Below are positions 19,846 to 29,970 of a stretch of 64,000 nucleotides of DNA, one piece after another (the first letter of the stretch is position 1; each line of letters starts with the position of its first letter). Source of the DNA: Clostridia bacterium. Lineage in GTDB: Bacteria > Bacillota > Clostridia > Oscillospirales > CAG-272. The DNA is taken from contig JAGBFG010000043.1 in NCBI GenBank assembly GCA_017936565.1, positions 25,473-89,472 of the forward strand, written 5' to 3'. Under the pieces are notes generated by a model. That model searched no databases. It had not been told where the DNA came from and saw only the letters and a list, made by a program, of their open reading frames with translations. The translations under genes were made by a program, and so were the position numbers.

Positions 19846-21304
19846 AAGCACAAAGCTTAATTATATTTATCATCTGTCTTATCAGATTTTACTGATTATC
19901 CTGCCTATTGTCACAGCACCCTACGTTTCCCGTGTGCTGTTGCCCGAGGGCGTTGGCGATTACAGCCTCGCTTTTTCCTTTATCACCTATTTCACCCTTT
20001 TTGCTTCCTTGGGCTTTACCTATTACGCCCAAAGGGAGATTGCCAAATGGCAGGACAATCCCCTTATGCAGACCCGTGTTTTTTGGGAGATCATTCTTTG
20101 TCGGCTTATCCCTGTTTTTGTAAGCCTTCTTTTGAATAATGTACTGATTTATTTGGATCTGTACGGTGAAATTACGCCGCTGATGAGGCTTTTGAACATC
20201 AACATCATTTCCATCGCCTTTGATATTGTTTTCTTTTTTCAAGGGAATGAGGATTTCGGCAAAACGACCCTTGTGAATATAACGGTAAAGCTCTTGGGCG
20301 TTGCGGGTATTTTCATTTTTGTGAAGACACCCGATGACGTTTGGCTTTATACCCTGCTCAATTCCTTGGTTTTGATTGTGAGTAACCTTTCTCTTTGGTT
20401 TTTTGCCCTGCCGCATTTGCGCCGTCCCAAGGATGACAACGGCAAGAGAATGCCCTTGCACTTACATCCCTTCGCGCATTTGTGGCCTTCCTTTCGCCTG
20501 TTCGTGCCAAACATCGCCATCAGCCTTTACACCATTTTAGATAAAACCCTCATCGGTGTTATTACGGCAGACTCTGCCCAGAACGGTTATTATGAGGAAG
20601 CGGAAAAAATCGTGAAGTGCGCGATGCCCGTTGTCACTGCCTTGGGTACTGTTATGATTCCCCGCAATTCCAGAGAAGCCGCCATTGGCAATATGGAAGC
20701 GGTGAAGAAAAACATTTACCAATCCTCGCACTTTGTCTTTTTCTTGGGGCTTCCCATCACGGTGGGCTTTGTTTTAGTGGCGAGCAACCTGATTCCTTGG
20801 TTTTTGGGAGATGCCTATGAGGAAAGCATTTATCTGTTGCAGCTATTTGCTCCCCTGACTCTCATCATCGGGTTAAGCAACCTCTTTGGCTTGCAATATT
20901 TAATTCCCTGCAAAAAGGATAAGCTGTTTACAGCCGCCATTTTGGCGGGAGCTATCACCAACCTCGTCTTAAACATTCCATTCATCACCTGGTATCAGGC
21001 AAGAGGCGCTGTGTTTGCCTCTCTGATTTCCGAGAGTGTCGTCACTCTGACTATGCTTTTCTTTGTTCGCAAGGAGCTTTCTTGCTTCCAAACATTCAAA
21101 TCTGTCGTAAAGCCTTTTCTTGCCTGCGCTTTGATGTTTGCCGCTTGCTATCCCCTCTCCAAAGCCTTGCCCTCTTCCATTCTGAACACCTTGATTTTGG
21201 TGGGAGTAGGCGTTTTGGTCTACGGGGTATCCGTGCTTCTTTTGCGCGACTCTCTGGCTTGGGGAATTTTGCGCAAGGTAAAGGAAAAGCTGTCAAGAAA
21301 ATAA
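19835..21304 (+). CDS. wzx: Polysaccharide flippase (Wzx, MOP superfamily)
   Basis: 489 aa, about 12-14 TM helices, PST-family pattern (YQILLIILPIVTAPYVSRVLLPEGVGDYS). It overlaps glf by 11 nt. Confidence 0.8.
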   Translation: MKIKSTKLNYIYHLSYQILLIILPIVTAPYVSRVLLPEGVGDYSLAFSFITYFTLFASLGFTYYAQREIAKWQDNPLMQTRVFWEIILCRLIPVFVSLLLNNVLIYLDLYGEITPLMRLLNINIISIAFDIVFFFQGNEDFGKTTLVNITVKLLGVAGIFIFVKTPDDVWLYTLLNSLVLIVSNLSLWFFALPHLRRPKDDNGKRMPLHLHPFAHLWPSFRLFVPNIAISLYTILDKTLIGVITADSAQNGYYEEAEKIVKCAMPVVTALGTVMIPRNSREAAIGNMEAVKKNIYQSSHFVFFLGLPITVGFVLVASNLIPWFLGDAYEESIYLLQLFAPLTLIIGLSNLFGLQYLIPCKKDKLFTAAILAGAITNLVLNIPFITWYQARGAVFASLISESVVTLTMLFFVRKELSCFQTFKSVVKPFLACALMFAACYPLSKALPSSILNTLILVGVGVLVYGVSVLLLRDSLAWGILRKVKEKLSRK

Positions 21305-21348
21305 AGACGGTCTATACGGATAAATAAAAACAGAAGGGAGAAAGCGCC

Positions 21349-22230
21349 GTGTTCGGCTATGTAAAACCGATGGAAAGCGAGCTTTTAGTTCGCGAATATG
21401 AATTATACCGCTCGGTATATTGCGGCGTTTGCCGCTCCTTACGCAAGGAAACGGGCTTTTTCTCTTCTCTCTTTTTGTCGTATGACGCCGCCTTTTTAGC
21501 GGTTTGCCGTATGCTTTTGGGGGAAAACGCCCTGTCCTGCAAAAAGAAGGCGTGCATCGTTCATCCCTTCAAAAAAAGGAGCTGCTTGGTTGGCAACCCC
21601 GAAATTTCCTATGCCGCAAGGGTATACGCGGTGCTTTCCTACGAAAAGCTGCGTGACACCTTAAAGGACGGCAATTTCTTCAAAAAATGCTTCGCGCTTT
21701 TCTGGCTCCCTTATTTTCGCCTTGCCAAAAAAAGAGCAAGGCTACCTGCACTTTCTCAAAAAATCAGATTTCATTTAGACAATCTTGCCGCTCTTGAAAA
21801 AGAAAAAACCGCCTCTGTGGATATGCCTGCCGAGGAATTTGGGCTTTTGCTGGCTGCCATATTCAAGGAAGGGATAACGGAAAAGTGGCAAGGACTGTAT
21901 GAGGACATCGGCTTCCGTTTGGGGCGATACATTTATATCGCTGACGCCGCCGAGGACCGAAAAGAGGACAAAAGGACAAAAAGCTACAACCCTTTTATTC
22001 TTTTATACGGAGAAAACTGTCTTTCCCCCTCGATAAACGAAAACATACGCTCTGCCTTGTTTTTGGAATTAAAGCAGCTTGCCGAATATATAGAGCAGCT
22101 ACCCTTTGAAAACAAAACCGCCGCCGAGCATATTATAAAAAACACCATTTATTTAGGTCTGCCCAATAAAATTCGTTTTCTTGACGACGACCTACAAGAA
22201 AGAGGAACCCCAGATGAACAATCCCTATAA
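21349..22230 (+). CDS. DUF5685-like conserved hypothetical protein
   Basis: N-terminus [30 protein letters not shown] matches my memory of the DUF5685 family. GTG start. Function unknown. Confidence 0.5.
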   Translation: MFGYVKPMESELLVREYELYRSVYCGVCRSLRKETGFFSSLFLSYDAAFLAVCRMLLGENALSCKKKACIVHPFKKRSCLVGNPEISYAARVYAVLSYEKLRDTLKDGNFFKKCFALFWLPYFRLAKKRARLPALSQKIRFHLDNLAALEKEKTASVDMPAEEFGLLLAAIFKEGITEKWQGLYEDIGFRLGRYIYIADAAEDRKEDKRTKSYNPFILLYGENCLSPSINENIRSALFLELKQLAEYIEQLPFENKTAAEHIIKNTIYLGLPNKIRFLDDDLQERGTPDEQSL

Positions 22231-22822
22231 GGTACTTGGTATCTCTGCTGACGCAACCGATACCGAGGTAAAAAACGCCTATCGCGCCTTGGCAAGAAAA
22301 TATCATCCCGATAACTACACCGCCGACAATCCCTTGGCTGATCTTGCCACCGAAAAAATGAAGGAAATCAACGAGGCATACGACCAGATTATGAAGGAGC
22401 GCGCCGCCTCTTCCTCGTCCTCTTCTCATAATGGGCAAGGCGCTACAACCTATGCCAACATCCGTCAGATGCTGAACGCCCGCCGTTTCCGAGAGGCTGC
22501 CGCCGCCCTTTCCGCCATTCCCGTGGAAGACCGTGTGGCAGATTGGCATTACTTGCAGAGCATCGTTCTGATGCAGCGCGGCTTTGTCAACGATGCCGCA
22601 AGAGAGCTTGAAATTGCCTGCACGATGGAGCCCGGCAATCAGGAATACCAGGAAGCCAAAAGAATGTTCAACCAAAGCGCCCAGGGCTTTGGGGCAGGCT
22701 CGCCTTACGGTCAGACCGTCTACCACCAAAGAAGAAGCGACGGATGCGATTTGTGCTTTGGTCTTTTGTGGGCTGACTGCTGCTGCGAATGCTTGGGCGG
22801 CGACTTGATTTCCTGCTGCTAA
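22214..22822 (+). CDS. J-domain (DnaJ-like) protein with Cys-rich C-terminal tail
   Basis: [33 protein letters not shown] (HPD motif), a TPR-like middle, and C-terminus [28 protein letters not shown] 22214 overlaps the upstream gene by 17 nt. Confidence 0.8.
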   Translation: MNNPYKVLGISADATDTEVKNAYRALARKYHPDNYTADNPLADLATEKMKEINEAYDQIMKERAASSSSSSHNGQGATTYANIRQMLNARRFREAAAALSAIPVEDRVADWHYLQSIVLMQRGFVNDAARELEIACTMEPGNQEYQEAKRMFNQSAQGFGAGSPYGQTVYHQRRSDGCDLCFGLLWADCCCECLGGDLISCC

Positions 22823-22867
22823 GCCTGCTTTTCGCCGATTATAAAGCCTATCGTTTTCGGAGCTGTT

Positions 22868-23392
22868 ATGAAAAATACAAAAAAAATCACCCTTTGCGCT
22901 ATGCTTGCCGCCTTTTCCGTGGTGCTGCTTGCCATTGGCGCTCTGTTTCAGATGCTCGACTTGTCTATGGCGGTTATCGCCTCGCTTCCCGTTCTTTTCG
23001 CGCATTTGGAGCTGCGCCGCCCGTATCCGTGGCTTTTGTTTATTGTAACTTCCGTTCTTTCGCTTCTTTTGGTAACGCCAAAGACCGCGCCGCTTTTGTA
23101 TGCGGTGTTTTTCGGCTTTTATCCCATCCTAAAAACAGGGCTTGAAGCCCTGCCAAGAGCCATAGAATGGATCTTTAAGCTCCTTCTTTGCCAAGGGGCA
23201 TTTTGGATATATTTTCTTTTAAGTGCATATGTTTTTATGTTCCCTGAGGCGCTTATGCCTTCCGAATGGCTTTTCTGGGCGGTGTACGCCTTGGTACTTC
23301 TCGCCTTTGTTTTATATGATTTTGCCGTTTCGCGCATTATATCCTTTTATGCGTTTCGCCTGCGTCCCCGCTTGACTAAGTTTTTGAAATGA
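22868..23392 (+). CDS. Small polytopic membrane protein of unknown function
   Basis: 174 aa with about 5 hydrophobic helices (ITLCAMLAAFSVVLLAIGALF...). No recognisable motif. Confidence 0.5.
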   Translation: MKNTKKITLCAMLAAFSVVLLAIGALFQMLDLSMAVIASLPVLFAHLELRRPYPWLLFIVTSVLSLLLVTPKTAPLLYAVFFGFYPILKTGLEALPRAIEWIFKLLLCQGAFWIYFLLSAYVFMFPEALMPSEWLFWAVYALVLLAFVLYDFAVSRIISFYAFRLRPRLTKFLK

Positions 23393-23408
23393 GAGGTCCT
23401 CAACATAT

Positions 23409-24746
23409 ATGAAAATAGGATTTATTTCCCTCGGTTGCTCTAAAAACCTTGTGGATACCGAGGTAATGCTACACCGTTTGGCAGAAGCGGGGTATGAAAT
23501 CACCCCCGATGAAACCGATGCCGATATTTTGGTTATCAACACCTGCGGCTTTATTGAGTCCGCAAAGCAAGAGTCCATTGACACCATTTTGGAAATGGCA
23601 GAATTAAAGAAGGAAGGGCATTTGCGCGCCATTCTTTGCACGGGCTGCTTAGCCGAGCGATACCGCGAGGAAATCCTCGCGCAGCTGTCTGAGGTGGATG
23701 GACTGCTCGGCGTTGGCTCGCTTTCCGAGATTGTAAGCACGGTTCAAAGGCTTGAAGAGGGCGAGAAGCGCGTTTGCGCCTTTTTAGATAAGGAGAGCTC
23801 CGCTTTGGGCGGTGACCGCGTGCTGACAACGCCAAGCTACACCGCCTACTTAAAGGTGGGCGAGGGGTGCGACAACCGCTGTACTTACTGCGCTATTCCG
23901 CTTATTCGCGGGCGTTTCCGTTCCCGTACCATAGAGGACGTTGTCGCGGAGGCGAAGGATTTGGAAGCGCTTGGCGTCAAGGAATTAAACCTGATTGCCC
24001 AGGATACCACCAGATACGGTCTTGATATTTACGGCGAATATGCCTTAGCAAGGCTTGTCAAGGCAATCTGTAAGGAAACGACCATTCCTTGGATTCGTCT
24101 TCTCTATTGCTATCCCGATAAAATCACCGATGAGCTGATTGAAGAGCTGAAAAGTAACCCTCGTCTTGTCAAATATATGGATATTCCTATTCAGCATTAT
24201 TCGGACACGATTCTGAGTGCTATGAACAGACACGGCGGCTCCCAAACCATAGAGGACGCGGTGCGCCGCTTACGTCAGGGTGTTCCCGGCATCACCCTGC
24301 GGACAACGGCAATGGTGGGCTTTCCCGGTGAGAGCGAGGAGGATTTTGAGGCCCTTTGCGCCTTTGTCAAGCAAGCGCGGTTTGACCGCTTTGGCGCCTT
24401 CACCTTCTCTGCTGAGGAGGATACCCCTGCCGCCCTGATGGACGGGCAGATAGACGAGCAAACGAAGCAAGACCGCTATGACACCTTAATGGAGCTTCAA
24501 TTAGACGTTTCCTATGCCCTGCAAAAAGAAAAAATAGGACAAGTGATAGAGGTGCTGTGCGAGGGGTTTGACGACGTGGCAGAAACCTATTACGGGCGCT
24601 CACAGGCAGACGCTCCCGACATTGACGGGAAAATTTATTTTTCCTCTTCCGAAAAGCTGCAAGCAGGCTGCTTTGTCTTGGTAAAAATCACCGAGGCGTT
24701 AGACTATGATTTAATTGGTGTTGCCGTGAAAGGCAAGGAGGCGTAA
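23409..24746 (+). CDS. rimO: Ribosomal protein S12 methylthiotransferase
   Basis: MKIGFISLGCSKNLVDTEVML (UPF0004 domain), radical-SAM CDNRCTYC, and a C-terminal TRAM domain. 445 aa. Confidence 0.9.
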   Translation: MKIGFISLGCSKNLVDTEVMLHRLAEAGYEITPDETDADILVINTCGFIESAKQESIDTILEMAELKKEGHLRAILCTGCLAERYREEILAQLSEVDGLLGVGSLSEIVSTVQRLEEGEKRVCAFLDKESSALGGDRVLTTPSYTAYLKVGEGCDNRCTYCAIPLIRGRFRSRTIEDVVAEAKDLEALGVKELNLIAQDTTRYGLDIYGEYALARLVKAICKETTIPWIRLLYCYPDKITDELIEELKSNPRLVKYMDIPIQHYSDTILSAMNRHGGSQTIEDAVRRLRQGVPGITLRTTAMVGFPGESEEDFEALCAFVKQARFDRFGAFTFSAEEDTPAALMDGQIDEQTKQDRYDTLMELQLDVSYALQKEKIGQVIEVLCEGFDDVAETYYGRSQADAPDIDGKIYFSSSEKLQAGCFVLVKITEALDYDLIGVAVKGKEA

Positions 24747-24748
24747 CG

Positions 24749-25342
24749 ATGAAAAAATCTTCTATGAATCTGCCCAACATTCTCTCTATTATTCGCGTAA
24801 TACTCGTTCCCTTCTTTATAGCGGCGCTTCTTTTGATGCAGGACATTCCTTACTGGGGGCGTATTGTACCAACCCTTATTTTTGCCCTTGCTTCCTTCAC
24901 CGACTTTTTAGATGGCAAAATCGCCCGTAAATACAATTTGATAACCGATTTCGGCAAATTCATTGACCCCTTGGCAGACAAATTTATGGTGTTCGGCGCT
25001 TTGATTGCGCTTTTGGTTACAGACACTGACATCGCGCCTGTGTTGGTTTGGGTTTCGGCTATCATTATGCTTCGGGAGCTCGCCGTTACGTCCTTGCGCT
25101 TGGTGGTGGCAGGTAAAAGCGGAACGGTGGTTGCCGCTTCCTTCTTTGGCAAAATGAAGACCGTTTCTCAGATAATCGGGTTTATTCTTATCTTTATGGA
25201 CCCTGTTATCTGCTCCCTTCTCTCTCTTTCGCAAAACCGCTTGATTTCCTATATTGCTATGGGTATTATGACGCTGACAACCGTCTTCTCGGGGCTTGAC
25301 TACGCACGCGCGCTCGCTCCTATGATTGATACCAACAAATAA
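24749..25342 (+). CDS. pgsA: CDP-diacylglycerol--glycerol-3-phosphate 3-phosphatidyltransferase
   Basis: NLPNILSIIRVILVP...DFLDGKIARKYNLITDFGKFIDPLADK (CDP-alcohol phosphatidyltransferase motif D-G-x2-A-R-x8-G-x3-D-x3-D). Confidence 0.88.
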   Translation: MKKSSMNLPNILSIIRVILVPFFIAALLLMQDIPYWGRIVPTLIFALASFTDFLDGKIARKYNLITDFGKFIDPLADKFMVFGALIALLVTDTDIAPVLVWVSAIIMLRELAVTSLRLVVAGKSGTVVAASFFGKMKTVSQIIGFILIFMDPVICSLLSLSQNRLISYIAMGIMTLTTVFSGLDYARALAPMIDTNK

Positions 25343-25446
25343 GCAAAGAATTGTTTACATTAAACACGGCATAAGGCTTGCCGTCAAAAAAGGCACTTAC
25401 GATGCACAAAAATGTGTGTCGCAGGTGCCTTTTATTTTATCTTTTT

Positions 25447-26226
25447 TTACAGAAACAGACAAAAGAGAAAGGGGAAAACCAAAGCGGGAATGAGGTTCGC
25501 CACGCGCACCCTTGTGCATCCCAGCATATTAAGACCAATCGCCGCTATCATCAAGCCGCCAACGCAGGTCATTTCGTTCATCGCAGGCATAGCGGAAAGC
25601 AGGGTGCTTACCTCTTGGGCGTTCCCTATATGAGAAGCAACAGCCCTTCCCACAAAAAAAGCCCCACCGCTGAGCAACCCCTGATACAAAAGAACAGGTA
25701 ACGCCGCGAAGGAAACCCCTATACCCAGAGAAGAAGCCAAAACAAAGCCTGTAATGCCGTCCAAAACAGCCTTGGCGATTAAAACCTGATGGTCGCCAAA
25801 AAGCCCTGCCCGCAGGGAGCCGATAATGGACATAGCGCCAACACAAAACACAACCGTGGCGGTAACCAAGCCCTCGGCAAAGCGGGTTTCTCTTCCCTCT
25901 TTGCTCTTTGACGAGGTTAGCTTTCTCTGCAAAAAGCTCCCAAAGGCTTGCATTTTTCCCTCAATATCAATCCATTCTCCCAAGGCAGCGCCAAGAGCCA
26001 TCGACAAAATGGGAATTAAAATGTGATACGAGGAAAGCCCCTCGGTTTTGCTATACACCGTTGCGTACTCTATGACGTCGGAAAAGCCCAAATACACCAC
26101 ACAAAGCCCCACCGCCTGCAAGACGGATTTACGGATACGCTCAGGAATGCCCTTGTGCAAAAGCGCACCAAGGAGCCCGCCCACGACCACGGTGGCAAAG
26201 TTAATGATACTGCCAAGCAAAAACAT
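25447..26226 (-). CDS. DUF554-family membrane protein
   Basis: MFLLGSIINFATVVVGGLLGALLHKGIPERIRKSVLQAVGLCVVYLG is typical of DUF554. ATG 26226 was chosen because GAAGGAA precedes it; the longer ORF track start (26430) is unsupported. Confidence 0.7.
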   Translation of the reverse strand: MFLLGSIINFATVVVGGLLGALLHKGIPERIRKSVLQAVGLCVVYLGFSDVIEYATVYSKTEGLSSYHILIPILSMALGAALGEWIDIEGKMQAFGSFLQRKLTSSKSKEGRETRFAEGLVTATVVFCVGAMSIIGSLRAGLFGDHQVLIAKAVLDGITGFVLASSLGIGVSFAALPVLLYQGLLSGGAFFVGRAVASHIGNAQEVSTLLSAMPAMNEMTCVGGLMIAAIGLNMLGCTRVRVANLIPALVFPFLFCLFL

Positions 26227-26257
26227 TGTTTGTTCCTTCTTCATTGAATGTGCCTTT

Positions 26258-26286
26258 ATTGTAGCACATCTCTTTGCCTTTTGCAA
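26258..26286 (-). promoter_or_regulatory. sigma-A-type promoter of the DUF554 gene (sets the left limit of the phage-like element)
   Basis: On the minus strand: TTGCAA (26286-26281), 17-nt spacer, TGc-TACAAT (-10 at 26263-26258). Confidence 0.45.
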
Positions 26287-26423
26287 GAGCCAAATGCCGT
26301 TTTTAACCTCGCGCAGGGCTAAAAAAAGGGGAAAAACCGTGACCCCCTTCCCTGTTTCTTTTATCGTACAATAATAGACGGGCAAGGGCGTTGCCCACAC
26401 ACGAAGGAAGAAAGGAAAGCCAA

Positions 26424-26807
26424 ATGCCAATAAGCGAGCTTACACGAGAGCAGGTCCTCTCGCTTTCCAAAAAAATGATGCATTATTTTGAAACGGCGGG
26501 ATGCGAGGGCAGCGAATTTAAGGAAGGACTCCCATCCTTTGTTCGCTTTGCACACCGCGAGGGGCTGACAGTCAAGGGCATTTTGGCACTACGGGAAAGG
26601 GACGAGGTATTTCGTGACTGTTATGCCGAATGCGAAGAAATCTTGAAGGACAGAATCACCGACGGGGCTTTATATAAAAGGTTGGATTCCTCTTTTGCGA
26701 AATTTTTGCTTGCGGCACGGTACGGATACACCGACAAGGAAGAGGGTGAGGAAGAGGGCGGCTTCTCTTTGACGGTGACTGTGAAGGAGCCAAATACTTG
26801 CTCTTAA
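26424..26807 (+). CDS. Phage terminase small subunit (putative)
   Basis: 127 aa located directly upstream of, and overlapping, terL. LPSFVRFAHREGLTVKGILALRERDEVFRDCYAECEEILKDRITDGALYKRLDSSFAKFLLAARYGY resembles HTH-type small terminases. Confidence 0.6.
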   Translation: MPISELTREQVLSLSKKMMHYFETAGCEGSEFKEGLPSFVRFAHREGLTVKGILALRERDEVFRDCYAECEEILKDRITDGALYKRLDSSFAKFLLAARYGYTDKEEGEEEGGFSLTVTVKEPNTCS

Positions 26808-28168
26808 AGGATATGGAGCTTTCCGTCACCAAGCGACAATATGAATTTCTCACAGCCAATGCCACAGAGGTTTTGTTTGGTGGGGCGGCAGGCGGCGGAA
26901 AATCATACGGTCAGCTGGTAGACGCCTTTGTTTACGCCTTGCGTTACCCTTCTTCCAAACAGTTGATTTTGCGGCGCACCTATGCCGAGCTTGAAAAATC
27001 GCTTATACGCGTTTCCTTAGGGCTGTTCCCGCAAACCATTTACCGCTACAATTCTTCCTCTCACACGGGCAAATTCAAAAACGGAAGCGTAATTGACTTT
27101 GGGTATTGCGCGGTGGAAAACGATGTTTTCCAATACCAATCCGCTGAATATGACGTCATTCGCTTTGATGAGCTGACGCATTTCACGGAATTTCAATACC
27201 TATATCTTATTTCGCGCTTGCGGGGCGCCAACGGCTATCCCAAGCAGGTCAAATCCTCTACCAACCCCGGGGGCATTGGGCATATGTGGGTAAAGGAACG
27301 GTTTATTGATCCTTCCCCGCCCAACACCGTTTTTTCCGACGGAAAGAACTCCCGTATCTTTCTGCCCTCCCGCATTGATGACAACTTGTTTTTGATGGAA
27401 GGGGACCCTGACTACAAAAAGCGGCTTTCCGAATTGCCCGAAACACAAAAAAAGGCGTTGCTTTATGGAGATTGGAACATTTTTGAGGGACAGTATTTTC
27501 CCGAATTTTCCCAAGAGCTTCATATCTGCGAGCCCTTTCCCATTCCGCCCGAATGGCGCCGTTACAGAACCTTGGATTACGGACTTGACAGACTCGCTTG
27601 TTTATGGGTGGCTATTGCACCAAACGAAGACGTTTATGTCTATAAGGAGCTTTGTGAGTCAAATTTGATTATATCCGAGGCGGCAAGCGCTATTTTAAAG
27701 CGAAACGGAGATGATAAGGTTTACGCAACCTTAGCGCCCCCCGATTTATGGAGCCGTTCCCAAGAAACCGGAAAAAGCAAGGCTATTCTGTTTGCGGAAA
27801 ACGGCGTTCCCTTCACCCGTTCCGGCAACAACCGCGAGGCCGGTTGGCTTGCCTTGAAGGAATTGCTTAAAATTCGTGAAGACGGAACACCGCGCCTTCG
27901 CATTTTCAGACAATGCCGAGAGCTTTGCCGATGCTTGCCCTTGCTCCAAATCAACCCCGACGCACCCACCGACACCCTAACCGAACCCCACGCCATTACC
28001 CACGCGCCCGACGCTTTGCGCGGCTTTGCCATCACCTTCACCCATCCCGCCAGGGTGGAAGAGACAAAAAAGCGCATTCCTTGGACCCAGGATATGTGGC
28101 AGGATTATATGCGGGCATCGGAAGAGGAAAAGCGTTACTTGAAACAAAAATACGGAGAACCATTATGA
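26798..28168 (+). CDS. Phage terminase large subunit
   Basis: Walker A FGGAAGGGKS, Walker B VIRFDELTHF, STNPGG coupling motif, and a C-terminal nuclease-like half. TTG 26798 lies 8 nt after GAAGGAG; ATG 26813 is an alternative. Confidence 0.88.
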   Translation: MLLKDMELSVTKRQYEFLTANATEVLFGGAAGGGKSYGQLVDAFVYALRYPSSKQLILRRTYAELEKSLIRVSLGLFPQTIYRYNSSSHTGKFKNGSVIDFGYCAVENDVFQYQSAEYDVIRFDELTHFTEFQYLYLISRLRGANGYPKQVKSSTNPGGIGHMWVKERFIDPSPPNTVFSDGKNSRIFLPSRIDDNLFLMEGDPDYKKRLSELPETQKKALLYGDWNIFEGQYFPEFSQELHICEPFPIPPEWRRYRTLDYGLDRLACLWVAIAPNEDVYVYKELCESNLIISEAASAILKRNGDDKVYATLAPPDLWSRSQETGKSKAILFAENGVPFTRSGNNREAGWLALKELLKIREDGTPRLRIFRQCRELCRCLPLLQINPDAPTDTLTEPHAITHAPDALRGFAITFTHPARVEETKKRIPWTQDMWQDYMRASEEEKRYLKQKYGEPL

Positions 28169-29970
28169 ATCTTTCTCACATTTGCGACAGACTTTCCTTT
28201 TTTCAGGAGTTATATCGCAAAAACCGCAACCGACAAGCCGAGCTTTTTAACCGCTTTGAAAGGTACTTGGCGCAATACAAAGGGGATAAGGAAATAGACC
28301 GTTCAAGTGAAGCAGCATCGGTTGTGCGCAACATTACCTATGAGCTGGTGGAATCTCAGGTTTCCACCCAAATTCCCGCGCCCTGCGCCCAAGCCAAGCA
28401 CTACACGGAGCAAAATGACCGCAACGCCAAGGCGATTGAGCGCCTTTGCACCCAGCTTCGCGACGAGCTGCCCTTTGAAAAGCTAAACGACCAGGACGAG
28501 CGCTATACCTACATATACGGCGGAAGCGTTTGGCTGGCGGAATGGGACAACACCCTTCTTTACCGAGGGGTAACGGGCGGGGTTCGCGTTTCCTGCTTGA
28601 ACCCCTTGGACTTTGTTCCCGAGGCGGGCGTTTATGAAATTGAGGATATGGAATACTGCTTTTTGCGGTTTTCCACCACAAAAAACGCCATTATCCGCCG
28701 CTTTGCCCTTCCCGAGAGCGAAATACCCCTTCTTTCTGCTGAGGGGAACGAGGACGACATTGTGGAAATGATCGTTTGCTTTTGGAAGGACGACGAAGGT
28801 CATATTTGTCAGTTTATTTACAGCGGAGACGCGGTGCTTTCAGACGTTGAGGACTATTACGCGCGCAAAACGCAGGTTTGCAAGAGGTGCGGCAAGAAGC
28901 GCTTGCTCTGCCATTGCGACACCCCCTCTCTTATTTGGGCTTCCGAGGAAGAAGAAATTTTGACCGAGGACATTCATTTAGAGGACGGGCGTGTCATTCC
29001 TGCCCTTTCCCCTGTGATAAAGGACGGGTTTTGCGAAGAGACCTTGGCCCCCACGCGCCTGCCGTATTACAGACCCCACCGCTTCCCCATCGTTATCCGC
29101 AAAAACACATCAGAGGAAAAATCGCTTTTCGGGCAATCCGACTGCGAATTTATCCGCCCTCAGCAACAGCAAATCAACAAGATTGAAACCCGTATCCTGC
29201 AAAAGCTGATGCGCTCCGGTATCACCCCCATTTTGCCGGATGACGCGGAGCTGACCTTGGATAATTCTGTTTTTGGGCAAGTTATTAAGCTACGCACAGG
29301 AGATGAAAAGGAGCGGTACGGCGTCTTAGACACAACCCCGAGCATTGCTCAGGACATTCAGCAATCCGAGCGTCTGTACGAGCACGCAAAGCGCATTCTC
29401 GGCATCACCGACACCTATCTCGGTATGTCGGACTCCACCGCGCAGTCAGGCTTTGCCAAGCAAATTCAAGTGGAGCAGGCGGCGGGAAGACTGGACTCCA
29501 AGCGCAAAATGAAGCAGGCGGCTTACGCGGATTTGGACCGCATTCTTTTTGAATTTTACTTAGCCTATGCCGATGAGCCTCGTCCTCTTTCCTATCGGGA
29601 TGCCTTTGGCAAGCCCCATCACACCGCCTTTTCCCGTTACGACTTTTTGATTTATGACACGGAAAGCGACACGTATACCTATGACGACGGCTTTTTGTTC
29701 TCGGTAGACCAAAACGGTGCTATCGAGCAACAACGCGATGCGCTTTGGCAGAAGAACTTAGAAAATCTGCAAGCGGGAACCCTTGGCGACCCTGCCGACC
29801 CTGCCACGCTTCTTCACTATTGGCAATGTCAGGAGCGCGCGCACTATCCTTACGCGCGAGAAAACGTGGAGTATTTTCAAGCCTTAACAGAAAAAGAGCA
29901 AGCCCCCTTGCCCCAAGATGCACCAGCACCGCCCGAAAGGAGCCCTGAAACAAATGCCAAAAAAACTTGA
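28165..29970 (+). CDS. Phage portal protein (putative)
   Basis: 601 aa immediately after terL with an ATGA start/stop overlap. Size and position fit a portal. The in-frame extension back to 27913 lies inside terL and was discarded. Confidence 0.7.
   Translation: MNLSHICDRLSFFQELYRKNRNRQAELFNRFERYLAQYKGDKEIDRSSEAASVVRNITYELVESQVSTQIPAPCAQAKHYTEQNDRNAKAIERLCTQLRDELPFEKLNDQDERYTYIYGGSVWLAEWDNTLLYRGVTGGVRVSCLNPLDFVPEAGVYEIEDMEYCFLRFSTTKNAIIRRFALPESEIPLLSAEGNEDDIVEMIVCFWKDDEGHICQFIYSGDAVLSDVEDYYARKTQVCKRCGKKRLLCHCDTPSLIWASEEEEILTEDIHLEDGRVIPALSPVIKDGFCEETLAPTRLPYYRPHRFPIVIRKNTSEEKSLFGQSDCEFIRPQQQQINKIETRILQKLMRSGITPILPDDAELTLDNSVFGQVIKLRTGDEKERYGVLDTTPSIAQDIQQSERLYEHAKRILGITDTYLGMSDSTAQSGFAKQIQVEQAAGRLDSKRKMKQAAYADLDRILFEFYLAYADEPRPLSYRDAFGKPHHTAFSRYDFLIYDTESDTYTYDDGFLFSVDQNGAIEQQRDALWQKNLENLQAGTLGDPADPATLLHYWQCQERAHYPYARENVEYFQALTEKEQAPLPQDAPAPPERSPETNAKKT

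Noticed and set aside
22133-23005. 290-aa minus-strand ORF spanning the J-domain gene and the next gene start
   Set aside because: It is antisense to a gene with a canonical J domain (HPD). Its translation is Gly/Ala/Arg-rich and low-complexity.
26287-26423. Search for attachment-site direct repeats between the left edge (26287-26423) and right edge (44366-44434) of the phage-like element
   Set aside because: No shared repeat of 10 nt or more was visible by eye. Only local hairpins were present (for example GGGCAA-N5-TTGCCC at 26379-26395 and the terminator at 44381-44411). A computed alignment would be needed to exclude short or imperfect att sites.
27913-28164. 84-codon N-terminal extension of the portal ORF
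   Set aside because: It lies wholly inside terL in another frame and is Arg/Pro/His-rich. ATG 28165 gives the classic ATGA stop/start overlap with terL.
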